Shown here piece by piece: positions 1-7,629 of a DNA stretch of 18,117 bases. Where the stretch lies: the NCBI GenBank assembly GCA_051747585.1, contig JBNJGH010000069.1, positions 1 through 18,117 of the forward strand. The letters run 5' to 3'. Both the position numbers and the translations under genes were made by a program. Below the pieces are notes generated by a model. The model searched no databases. It saw nothing but the letters and a program-made list of their open reading frames with translations, and was not told the origin of the DNA. The first letter of the stretch is position 1. Each line of letters starts with the position of its first letter. Origin of the DNA: Candidatus Rifleibacteriota bacterium. Its GTDB lineage: Bacteria > Muiribacteriota > Ozemobacteria > Ozemobacterales > Ozemobacteraceae.

Positions 1-1
1 G

Positions 2-463
2 CCTGTGATAAAAGAGAACAACGGAATTATCGACAAGTATGTCGGTGATGGGGTGATGGTTGTCTTTTCCGGCCAAGGTTCTGGACAAAAACAGTCGTAT
101 TCAAATTCCTGCAAGGCCGCCTTAAAGCTTATTAAAGCTTTAACTCCATTAAACAAGCAACTTGAAAAAGCAGATTTACCCCGTATTAAAATCGGAGTTG
201 GAATAGCTTGTGGCAAAGCAATCAGAGGGCGTATCGGTGCAAAAAAAGGTCGCAAAGATTTTACCCTTATTGGCAATGTAGTTAATCTTTCTGCTCGTCT
301 GGAAGCTTTGACTCATAAGCAAAAAGAAGCGAGTATAATGGTTTCTCAAAAAATAGAGGGTTCTGCCCGAGATCGCTTTGACTTTATTGATTGTGGGAAG
401 ATTTCTGTGAAAGGTAAACAAAATAAGCAACGGGTTTTTTTACTTAAGGGTTTAAAATTATGA
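2..463 (+). CDS. Class III adenylate/guanylate cyclase catalytic domain, C-terminal part (5' end outside the window)
   Basis: Motifs GIIDKYVGDGVM, IGVGIACG, RKDFTLIGNVVNLSARLE and VKGK. The frame is open to the window edge, and the stop TGA overlaps the next ATG (ATGA at 460-463). Confidence 0.93.
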   Translation, partial: PVIKENNGIIDKYVGDGVMVVFSGQGSGQKQSYSNSCKAALKLIKALTPLNKQLEKADLPRIKIGVGIACGKAIRGRIGAKKGRKDFTLIGNVVNLSARLEALTHKQKEASIMVSQKIEGSARDRFDFIDCGKISVKGKQNKQRVFLLKGLKL

Positions 464-3400
464 ATAAAGAACAAAGCACAACTTTTATTAAAGCCCGCAA
501 GCCTGCCGGATATATTCCTGTTGCTCTATGGATCTTTTGCTTTGTTATTCCGCTTCTGGCGGGTAAACATTTTATGACTAAGACGATTGATTTTGATCGA
601 CGTCTTAATCTGGCATCGGTTCGCCAGAATTTGATTAACGAAAAACAAAAATACAACACTGTTCTAAATTCCGAAGATTTTCTTAATTCAAGGTTGGAGA
701 GCAGACAGCTTGCAGCTCTTTACGCCAGGCACTTTGACCTTGAAGAAATCTATGAGGAAGAAAAAATCGTTGCTTCTGCCGGCCCTGGCTTGCATAAATT
801 GAAAGAAAACAAAATTTTAAAATTTCTACCCTGGAAAGAAAAAGACCTTGAAGCCGGAATAAACAAATTCGTTGATTTTTTAAAGAAAAGAATTGGTGCT
901 GAACCTGTCTTAGTCTTTACTCTTCAAGGTAAAGACAAATCAAGAGTTTGGTTCTGTAAGCCTCCTTTTAATAATACTCTTACGAAAAATGAAACTCTAA
1001 ATTTACTATCAAAGACTTATTCATACTGGATATCAAAGACAAGCGGCTTTGACTCAGGTAAAAATAATAAATCCAATCAAAGTTTTTTTTCCCTTTTTAC
1101 AAAGTGGATAGGTAGCTTCGATTCAACTCAGGATAAAATTTACTGGCTTGAGACTCTTTATTCTTTAAAGAAAAAAGATGTTTTTTATCATCTGGTATTA
1201 AGTTTTATTGATGCTGAAAATCAACCGGTAAATCTTAATCTTTTTTATCTCCGTAATGATTTTAACCGGAAATTTTTACTTGAAAAAATTCTGGTAAAAA
1301 ATAATAAAAGTGCTTACAAGCATAGCTTTGGTTATTCTAAATTAGAAAATTTACCTCAATTTTATCAAGATTCAAAAAATTTGAATTTTGTTTTTAAACT
1401 GCCACATAACTTTGTCGAGAATTTTAAAATTGGCAGACAAGCTGTATCTATCGGAATACCTGTTATAAATATAGCTTTCCCATTGAAAAAGATTCAGCCC
1501 GGCTTTTTTGGCAAAAAACAGCTTAATTTTGCAATTAACTTTATTTTATTTTTGAGCTATGCGGCTTTGATAGCATTTTACACCGGGCGATTCAGCCATA
1601 AAGCAAATCTTAAAAAGATTATTTCTGTTGCTATTCTGTTTGGCACTCTGGTTCCCTTTACCGGACTTGTCTGGTTAGGTATTTCTTACCTTAACGGACA
1701 CAAACATCAAAAAGCAGGGGAGCTGTTAAATTTTATCAATAAAAAATTTGATCAGACAGAAAAGGTTCTGAATTTAAAACGTGTAAGAACAGAAATGCTT
1801 TATCACATAATGGCTGACAGAATTGAGAGAATGAGCCCCGAAAAACGTCAACAGTTGATTAAACAGATTGCTTATTATTCAGACGATTACAAGAAAAAAA
1901 AGTTGCAGGGTTTTATAAAGCCTTTTATCGGGTATTTTTTGATTAACGCTGATTCAAAAGAAATAATTCATACCAGAAGCAGTTATCGAAAAAAATTCAT
2001 GCAGATCAAGCCATTTTTTATGGGTACACTTAACAGTCTGCTGATTGATATGGGAATGTTTGATCATCTTACTACTGCCCAAAAAAGGGCTGTTGTTCAG
2101 CAGACTCAGCTTGCTGACGGAATTACTGAAAAAGCTGTTGACAGGAAAATGTTTTATGACATGCTCGAATTTGAAGGAAGTCGTGTTGTTTCTGAGCTTA
2201 TGCCCAGTCGTGATTATTTTTATTCATTTATTCTGAATGGTAACAAGATCTCCGGGGATGGCCTCTTAACTTTAATTACAGAGGACGGGAACTGGCTCGA
2301 TCATTTTGTTCGAGCTGTAAATAATAAAAGAATTCTTCTTTCTTATAAAAAATTTGGTTTTAATATAGATCTTTCTTTTTATCCTCTCGATCATTTTGCT
2401 TTAAAAGGTCTAAAGAAGCTCCCGATCAAAAACAGTCTTATGAGCTATGATCAGCAGGACAGGTTATATAAAACCGCCCAGGCGGTGTATGCCAATTCAC
2501 GCAATACCTTCATAAACAATATTTCTCAAAAGCCATCACAGGTTGTTTATTCAAAGGTAATCGCCGGTCAAAATATATTTGCTCTGGCTTATGCCCGGGA
2601 GATAAAGGCAGAAAACTGGCCGGTTCACATTTTTCTGGTAGCAGTGATTGGCGCGTGTTTATTTGTTTCTGTTCTTTGCCTGGCATATTCTACTGCACAG
2701 ATATTGCTCATGTCTTTGCCTGCTTTTATAACTTCAATTGAGAAAGTCGATCAACAGAATTTCAGTTGGACGATCGCCTTAAATTCGGGCGATGAATTTG
2801 AGGAGCTGTCAGATTCGTTTAACAAAATGGGAAGAAAACTCTTTGAAAAAGAACAGATGTCGCAGCTGGTTTCCGAAGATGTTCTGCAAGTAATTCAAGA
2901 TGAAAAAAATCTTAAGACCGGTGGGAAAAAGGTTTATGGCTCGGTTTTATTTTCTGACCTGAGAGGTTTTACTACTTTGAGTGAAAAATATTCAGCCGAG
3001 GAAATTGTTGAAATGTTGAACGAATATTTTACTCTTATGGCATCTATTATAGAGCGGCGGGGTGGGGTGATAGACAAGCTTATTGGCGATGCCGTTCAGG
3101 CTGTGTTTTATCAATCTGATAGCAAAGAACCCTGTGAGCTGCGAGCTGTTAAGGCTGCCCGCGAAATGCAGCTTCGATTAAGGCAATTTAATCGAGCCAG
3201 AGCAAAAAACAATAAATTTGAAATTGCCAACGGTTTTGGCATCGCAACCGGCAGGGTTATTTCGGGTAGAGTCGGAACAGAGACCGGCAAACTTGATGCA
3301 ACTATTCTGGGTCGGGTTGTTTATCGCGCAGAAAGGCTGGAATCACTCAGCAAAGATGGAGATACAACGGGAATTATGCTGGATGAAGCCACTCTTAAAG

Positions 3401-3486
3401 GACTCAAAAAAGAAAAAGAGTCGGTTAAATTCAAAACATACGATAAAGAATCAGATAAGGCTTTTGAGCTGATTGAATTATTATGA
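460..3486 (+). CDS. Membrane-bound adenylate/guanylate cyclase domain protein (about 4 TM, two extracytoplasmic domains, HAMP, class III cyclase) with the catalytic Asn replaced by Tyr
   Basis: 1008 aa with hydrophobic segments near aa 20-35, 357-377, 388-412 and 725-750. HAMP-like SGDEFEELSDSFNKM; cyclase motifs VLFSDLRGFT, DKLIGD, GFGIATG and GRVVYRAERLES. Confidence 0.92.
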   Translation: MNKEQSTTFIKARKPAGYIPVALWIFCFVIPLLAGKHFMTKTIDFDRRLNLASVRQNLINEKQKYNTVLNSEDFLNSRLESRQLAALYARHFDLEEIYEEEKIVASAGPGLHKLKENKILKFLPWKEKDLEAGINKFVDFLKKRIGAEPVLVFTLQGKDKSRVWFCKPPFNNTLTKNETLNLLSKTYSYWISKTSGFDSGKNNKSNQSFFSLFTKWIGSFDSTQDKIYWLETLYSLKKKDVFYHLVLSFIDAENQPVNLNLFYLRNDFNRKFLLEKILVKNNKSAYKHSFGYSKLENLPQFYQDSKNLNFVFKLPHNFVENFKIGRQAVSIGIPVINIAFPLKKIQPGFFGKKQLNFAINFILFLSYAALIAFYTGRFSHKANLKKIISVAILFGTLVPFTGLVWLGISYLNGHKHQKAGELLNFINKKFDQTEKVLNLKRVRTEMLYHIMADRIERMSPEKRQQLIKQIAYYSDDYKKKKLQGFIKPFIGYFLINADSKEIIHTRSSYRKKFMQIKPFFMGTLNSLLIDMGMFDHLTTAQKRAVVQQTQLADGITEKAVDRKMFYDMLEFEGSRVVSELMPSRDYFYSFILNGNKISGDGLLTLITEDGNWLDHFVRAVNNKRILLSYKKFGFNIDLSFYPLDHFALKGLKKLPIKNSLMSYDQQDRLYKTAQAVYANSRNTFINNISQKPSQVVYSKVIAGQNIFALAYAREIKAENWPVHIFLVAVIGACLFVSVLCLAYSTAQILLMSLPAFITSIEKVDQQNFSWTIALNSGDEFEELSDSFNKMGRKLFEKEQMSQLVSEDVLQVIQDEKNLKTGGKKVYGSVLFSDLRGFTTLSEKYSAEEIVEMLNEYFTLMASIIERRGGVIDKLIGDAVQAVFYQSDSKEPCELRAVKAAREMQLRLRQFNRARAKNNKFEIANGFGIATGRVISGRVGTETGKLDATILGRVVYRAERLESLSKDGDTTGIMLDEATLKGLKKEKESVKFKTYDKESDKAFELIELL

Positions 3487-3488
3487 GG

Positions 3489-4985
3489 TTATTCTTCTTG
3501 TTTTTTTGAGGCCGAAACAGCTCTTTCGCTTGCCCAGTTTTTTATAAACTTTATTTGCTCAGCCATAGTACGAGATAATGGCACAGTACCACGTATTATT
3601 GTGTACAGGTCGTCTTGATTCATTTTTTCGTTTCTTTGAAAAGCTTCGACCATAGCAGATTCGACCACATGTTCGATTTCAGCACCATTCCAGAATTCGG
3701 TAGCGACTGAGAGCAAAGAAAGGTCAAACTCTTCGATGTTATTGCCGCGCCGCGATAAATGAACTTTAAAAATTTCTTCACGTTCATCATCGTTGGGTAG
3801 ATCAATAAAGAAAACCTGATCAAATCTACCCTTTCTTATAATTTCTGCGGGCAGCAAATCTATGCGGTTGGCTGTAGCGGCAACAAATACATCTGCTGAT
3901 TTCTCCTGCATCCAGGTGAGAAAAGCCGAAAAAATATGCGAGCCGGTGCTGCCATCTTTCGCTGTGTTGCTGCTTATTCCGCCTTCGATTTCATCTATCC
4001 ATAAAATGGCCGGAGCTACAGATTCAATACTTTTTATTGCCCGGTGAAATGTGCCCTCGGGGGTGCCGTACATGCCTGAATATACCTTGTTCATATCAAG
4101 TCGAAACAATGGCAATTTCCATAAGGCGCTTATGGCTTTAACCGATAGCGATTTACCACAGCCTGAAATCCCCATCATGAGAAGGCCACGCGGCGGTCGG
4201 ATTCCTGCTTTTGCAGCCTCGGGCGAAAAAAGCTTCTCTCTTTTGTTCAGCCATTCTTTGAGGTTTTCCAGGCCGCCCACATCTTTAATTGAATTAGAAG
4301 ATTTTACATATTCAAGAACACCTTCTTTTTTTGCCAGCTGTCGTTTTTCGTCTTGAAGAGCAATCAAGATTTCAGAGTTTATTTCTTTCTTTTTCCAGCT
4401 GATTTTATTGAGGCTGTACCTGATTTCTGCGGCGGTGAACCCTTTTAAGGACGTAACTGCACGTTTTTTTTCTTCTGGTGTTAAGTTTATTTGAATAGAT
4501 TTTTTCTTTAACAAAGCCAGATGTGAATCTAAAATTTCTTCGATTTCTTTGCTGTCAGGTAGTTCATAATCAATTAGTAGTATGTCTTTGCGCAAGTCTG
4601 ACGGGATTAGTATCTGTGGACCGGTAAAAAACAAAAATCTGTTTTGTCCTCTAAAAGCAAAATGAATGTTGCGTAGACGTCTTTGTATTTCCGGTTGTTC
4701 GAGGCAGGTGTAAAGATCCTTGAAAACAAAGAATCCCGGTGTGCTTATATTGGTAACTCTATCGAGTGCCTGTAGCAAATCTATCGAAGCATTCTGAGGT
4801 TGGCCATTTTCCGAAAGCCCTTGTTGTAAGTCCCAGCTGATGAAAGCGCCTTTCCCTTGAAAGGCAGAATTACACAATCCTGAGAGGGTGTCCATGGTCT
4901 GGTCTTCTTCCCAGGTTTCGATTCCGATTATCGGGTAGCCACCTGTAAGCGCTTCGCGAAGAGCTTTCAGATTGTCAGTTCTCAT
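3489..4985 (-). CDS. AAA+ ATPase, Ycf46-like (degenerate N-terminal P-loop-like domain plus intact AAA domain)
   Basis: Walker A GISGCGKS, Walker B LWIDEIE, second region of homology ATANRIDLLPAEIIRKGRFD, plus DVGGLENLKEWL and C-terminal VPLSRTMAEQI..WA..RAVSAS, which are typical of the Ycf46 family. Confidence 0.92.
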   Translation of the reverse strand: MRTDNLKALREALTGGYPIIGIETWEEDQTMDTLSGLCNSAFQGKGAFISWDLQQGLSENGQPQNASIDLLQALDRVTNISTPGFFVFKDLYTCLEQPEIQRRLRNIHFAFRGQNRFLFFTGPQILIPSDLRKDILLIDYELPDSKEIEEILDSHLALLKKKSIQINLTPEEKKRAVTSLKGFTAAEIRYSLNKISWKKKEINSEILIALQDEKRQLAKKEGVLEYVKSSNSIKDVGGLENLKEWLNKREKLFSPEAAKAGIRPPRGLLMMGISGCGKSLSVKAISALWKLPLFRLDMNKVYSGMYGTPEGTFHRAIKSIESVAPAILWIDEIEGGISSNTAKDGSTGSHIFSAFLTWMQEKSADVFVAATANRIDLLPAEIIRKGRFDQVFFIDLPNDDEREEIFKVHLSRRGNNIEEFDLSLLSVATEFWNGAEIEHVVESAMVEAFQRNEKMNQDDLYTIIRGTVPLSRTMAEQIKFIKNWASERAVSASKKQEE

Positions 4986-5197
4986 GGCTTAAGAGAATTT
5001 ACCAGTTGATCAAGGGCTGAACTTACAAGACTGTCGTCAGAATCCTGAAAGCTATGCCAGAATTCTTTATAGAAATTTGTTTCAAACAGATCATTGGAAT
5101 CAACTGAATTATTTTGTAAATGTCGGTCTATAACTGTTTCCTGGGTAATATTGCTTAACATTTCCAGCTCTTCTAAGGCTAGATCAAATTCATTCAT
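4982..5197 (-). CDS. Small acidic hypothetical protein (71 aa), translationally coupled to the AAA ATPase
   Basis: SD-like AAGGAAAAGGAAG upstream of the ATG, an ATGA stop/start overlap at 4982-4985, and it fills the space between a candidate promoter and the ATPase. Confidence 0.75.
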   Translation of the reverse strand: MNEFDLALEELEMLSNITQETVIDRHLQNNSVDSNDLFETNFYKEFWHSFQDSDDSLVSSALDQLVNSLKP

Positions 5198-5239
5198 TTG
5201 AGGGCTTCCTTTTCCTTGTTTTTGTCTTACTACACTATG

Positions 5240-5267
5240 ATTATAAATTAAAAGCCGACTTGAGCAA
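5240..5267 (-). promoter_or_regulatory. Candidate sigma70-type promoter for the small ORF-AAA ATPase operon
   Basis: On the minus strand, TTGCTC (5267-5262), a 16-bp spacer, then TATAAT (5245-5240), about 40 bp upstream of the start at 5197. Confidence 0.5.
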
Positions 5268-5352
5268 GTAAAATCTTTGATTAGGGGCTTATTTTATACT
5301 TGTGATATATTTTGCTATACATATATTAATTACAGATGAGGAGGCAAAAACA

Positions 5353-6282
5353 ATGAATAAGCCACTTAAACTTGCCGCTAATAGAATAATAGAGTCAATC
5401 AGAAACAGTGGGCATGAGGTCCAACACTTTGACAGCAGCCCTCTGCCCGATAAAGAGGAAATATATCGCCTGATTCAGAACATCTTTATTTTACTTTTCC
5501 CCGGTTATTACGGACATTCCGAAATGTCGTTCGAATCAATTGATATGCGTATTGGTTATCGCGTTGCCAAAGTATACGAAGGCCTCAAACCTCAGGTCTA
5601 TCGAGAACTCATTCATGATTGCAAAAGTGAAAACTCGCCATGTGGGCAATGTGAAAAGGCTGCGAAACATTTGGTCCTTGATTTTATTAATAAAATCCCT
5701 GAAATACGACAGATGCTTGATCTGGATGTAAAAGCTGCATATAAAAATGATCCTGCCGCAGTTGATTTTGACGAAATAATTTTCAGTTACCCAGGTTTAG
5801 AGGCGGTGGCTGTGCATAGAGTAGCCCACTTTTTTTACAACAGCGGTTTACGCTTATTACCGAGGATCATGACTGAATGGGCCCATTCAAGAACTGGTAT
5901 AGATATTCACCCGGGAGCCAACATCGGTAAAAGTTTCTTTATCGATCATGGTACCGGTGTTGTAGTTGGTGAAACAACCGATATAGGAGACGAAGTTACC
6001 ATTTATCAGGGGGTAACCCTCGGTGCTTTGAATTTTCCCCGCGATAAACGGGGCCAGGTTATAAGACGAGCCAAAAGACACCCTACAATTGAAGATGGTG
6101 TTTGTATTTATGCCGGCGCAACTATATTGGGCGGCGATACCATAATTGGTGAAAATTCGGTGATTGGCGGTAATGTCTGGTTGACTGAGTCTATTCCTCC
6201 CGAGACCAGAGTTCTCATCAGTAAAGCAGACCTTAAAATTTCATCCCGCAACAAAAAGCATAAAATGGCAAAAGGAGCCTAG
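5353..6282 (+). CDS. cysE: Serine O-acetyltransferase (long EpsC/CysE type)
   Basis: Motifs DPAA..EIIFSYPG, HRVAH, TGIDIHPGA.IG..FFIDHGTGVVVGET, IYQGVTLG and KRHPTI, with hexapeptide repeats. The start is placed at ATG 5353, after the strong SD GAGGAGG (5338-5344), rather than at GTG 5302. Confidence 0.95.
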   Translation: MNKPLKLAANRIIESIRNSGHEVQHFDSSPLPDKEEIYRLIQNIFILLFPGYYGHSEMSFESIDMRIGYRVAKVYEGLKPQVYRELIHDCKSENSPCGQCEKAAKHLVLDFINKIPEIRQMLDLDVKAAYKNDPAAVDFDEIIFSYPGLEAVAVHRVAHFFYNSGLRLLPRIMTEWAHSRTGIDIHPGANIGKSFFIDHGTGVVVGETTDIGDEVTIYQGVTLGALNFPRDKRGQVIRRAKRHPTIEDGVCIYAGATILGGDTIIGENSVIGGNVWLTESIPPETRVLISKADLKISSRNKKHKMAKGA

Positions 6283-6283
6283 A

Positions 6284-7219
6284 ATGATTATTGAAAATAT
6301 TTCCCAGGGCATCGGCAATACCCCGATGGTAAAACTCAATAAAATTTGTGACCCGCAAGAAGGCGAAATTCTCGCAAAATTAGAATATTATAATCCCGGT
6401 GGGTCGGTTAAAGACAGAATCGCTTTGGCAATGATTGAAAGGGGCGAAAGAAGCGGAAAGCTAGGTAAAGAAAGTGTAATTATCGAGCCGACTTCTGGTA
6501 ACACCGGAATCGGACTTGCAATGGTAGCTGCCGCCAAAGGCTACAAACTTGTTTTGACAATGCCTGATACCATGAGTGATGAACGAAAAAAAATCCTGCG
6601 GGCTTATGGGGCTGAACTGGTTCTGACTCCGGGCGCAGAAGGCATGAAGGGAGCGATTGAAAAGGCAAAAGAGCTGGCTGAAAATACAAAGAAGTCATTC
6701 ATTCCTGACCAGTTTGCTAATCCTGCTAATGCAACAGTTCATGAAACCTTTACCGGTCCTGAGATTTTACGCTCACTTGGAGGCAGAAAAGTTGATGCTT
6801 TTGTATTTGGTGTCGGAACCGGAGGTACTCTTACCGGTGTGGCAAGATGCCTTAAAAAAAACAATATCGATTCTCCTGTGTTCGCTGTAGAGCCCGAGAA
6901 CTCTCCGGTTTTATCAGGGGGAAAGCCTGGCCCTCATAAAATTCAGGGAATAGGAGCAGGATTTGTTCCTCAGGTTTTAGATACCAGCCTTATCTCTGAG
7001 GTAATTAAAATTTCCAATGAAGAGGCTTTTGCAGCTGCACGAAACCTGGCTTCCAGCGAAGGCTTGTTCGTGGGGATAAGCTCAGGGGCAGTAACAGCTG
7101 CCTGCAGGAAAATTATCAACGAAAATCGTCCGGGTAAAAAACCGCTAAGAATTGTGACATTATTTCCAAGTAATGGCGAACGGTATCTTTCTACCGAATT
7201 ATTTGCTCATCTACTATAA
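6284..7219 (+). CDS. cysK: Cysteine synthase A (O-acetylserine sulfhydrylase)
   Basis: IGNTP, PLP-lysine motif NPGGSVKDR, EPTSGNTGIGLA, GVGTGGT, HKIQGIGAGF, GISSGA and GERYLST. SD AAGGAG, 1 bp after the cysE stop. Confidence 0.97.
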   Translation: MIIENISQGIGNTPMVKLNKICDPQEGEILAKLEYYNPGGSVKDRIALAMIERGERSGKLGKESVIIEPTSGNTGIGLAMVAAAKGYKLVLTMPDTMSDERKKILRAYGAELVLTPGAEGMKGAIEKAKELAENTKKSFIPDQFANPANATVHETFTGPEILRSLGGRKVDAFVFGVGTGGTLTGVARCLKKNNIDSPVFAVEPENSPVLSGGKPGPHKIQGIGAGFVPQVLDTSLISEVIKISNEEAFAAARNLASSEGLFVGISSGAVTAACRKIINENRPGKKPLRIVTLFPSNGERYLSTELFAHLL

Positions 7220-7233
7220 ATAAAACCTGAAAG

Positions 7234-7284
7234 TTTCCCGATTACTAGGCTGAATAATTCTGTCTCCAGATCGGGAAATTTTTT
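7234..7284 (+). terminator. Candidate intrinsic terminator downstream of cysE-cysK
   Basis: TTTCCCGAT (7234-7242) pairs with ATCGGGAAA (7270-7278) around a 27-nt partly pairable interior and is followed by TTTTTT. The loop is atypically large. Confidence 0.45.
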
Positions 7285-7623
7285 ATGCTTAAATTTTTAA
7301 TTGATTTTAAATTTAGAATTTTTATTTTGTTTGCTATTGTTGCTTCGGGATATGTTATTACGGGGTGTCGCCAAGACCCTGCCAACCCTCCAAAATACTA
7401 TCAGTCTGAATTGAAGGCTATGCGGCGGCAAGCTGCCCGGGAGGATGCGCAAAAAGAGGAAAAATTTCTTCCCGATAAATACCCCTGGGAAGGAAGCAAA
7501 AAAGACAGCCCGTCTTTAACAACTCGTATTTCAACTATGGAAAAAGGTATCGACGATGAGTTAGACTATTTACATACTTTTGTTAACGGGAAAAAGAGTT
7601 GCAAACCCAGATTAAGGGACTGA
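7285..7623 (+). CDS. Hypothetical lipoprotein (112 aa)
   Basis: Basic residues, a hydrophobic stretch, then lipobox-like ITG-C. It lies 6 bp before the next gene. There is no clear SD, so the exact start is uncertain. Confidence 0.7.
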   Translation: MLKFLIDFKFRIFILFAIVASGYVITGCRQDPANPPKYYQSELKAMRRQAAREDAQKEEKFLPDKYPWEGSKKDSPSLTTRISTMEKGIDDELDYLHTFVNGKKSCKPRLRD

Positions 7624-7629
7624 CTTTAA

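Noticed and set aside
3862..4356. Plus-strand ORFs of 61 and 101 aa
   Set aside because: Antisense shadows of the conserved AAA ATPase core.
5300..5327. Promoter for cysE (TTGTGA-16 bp-TATATT)
   Set aside because: The region is very AT-rich with several equally plausible -10 boxes, so none can be chosen with confidence.
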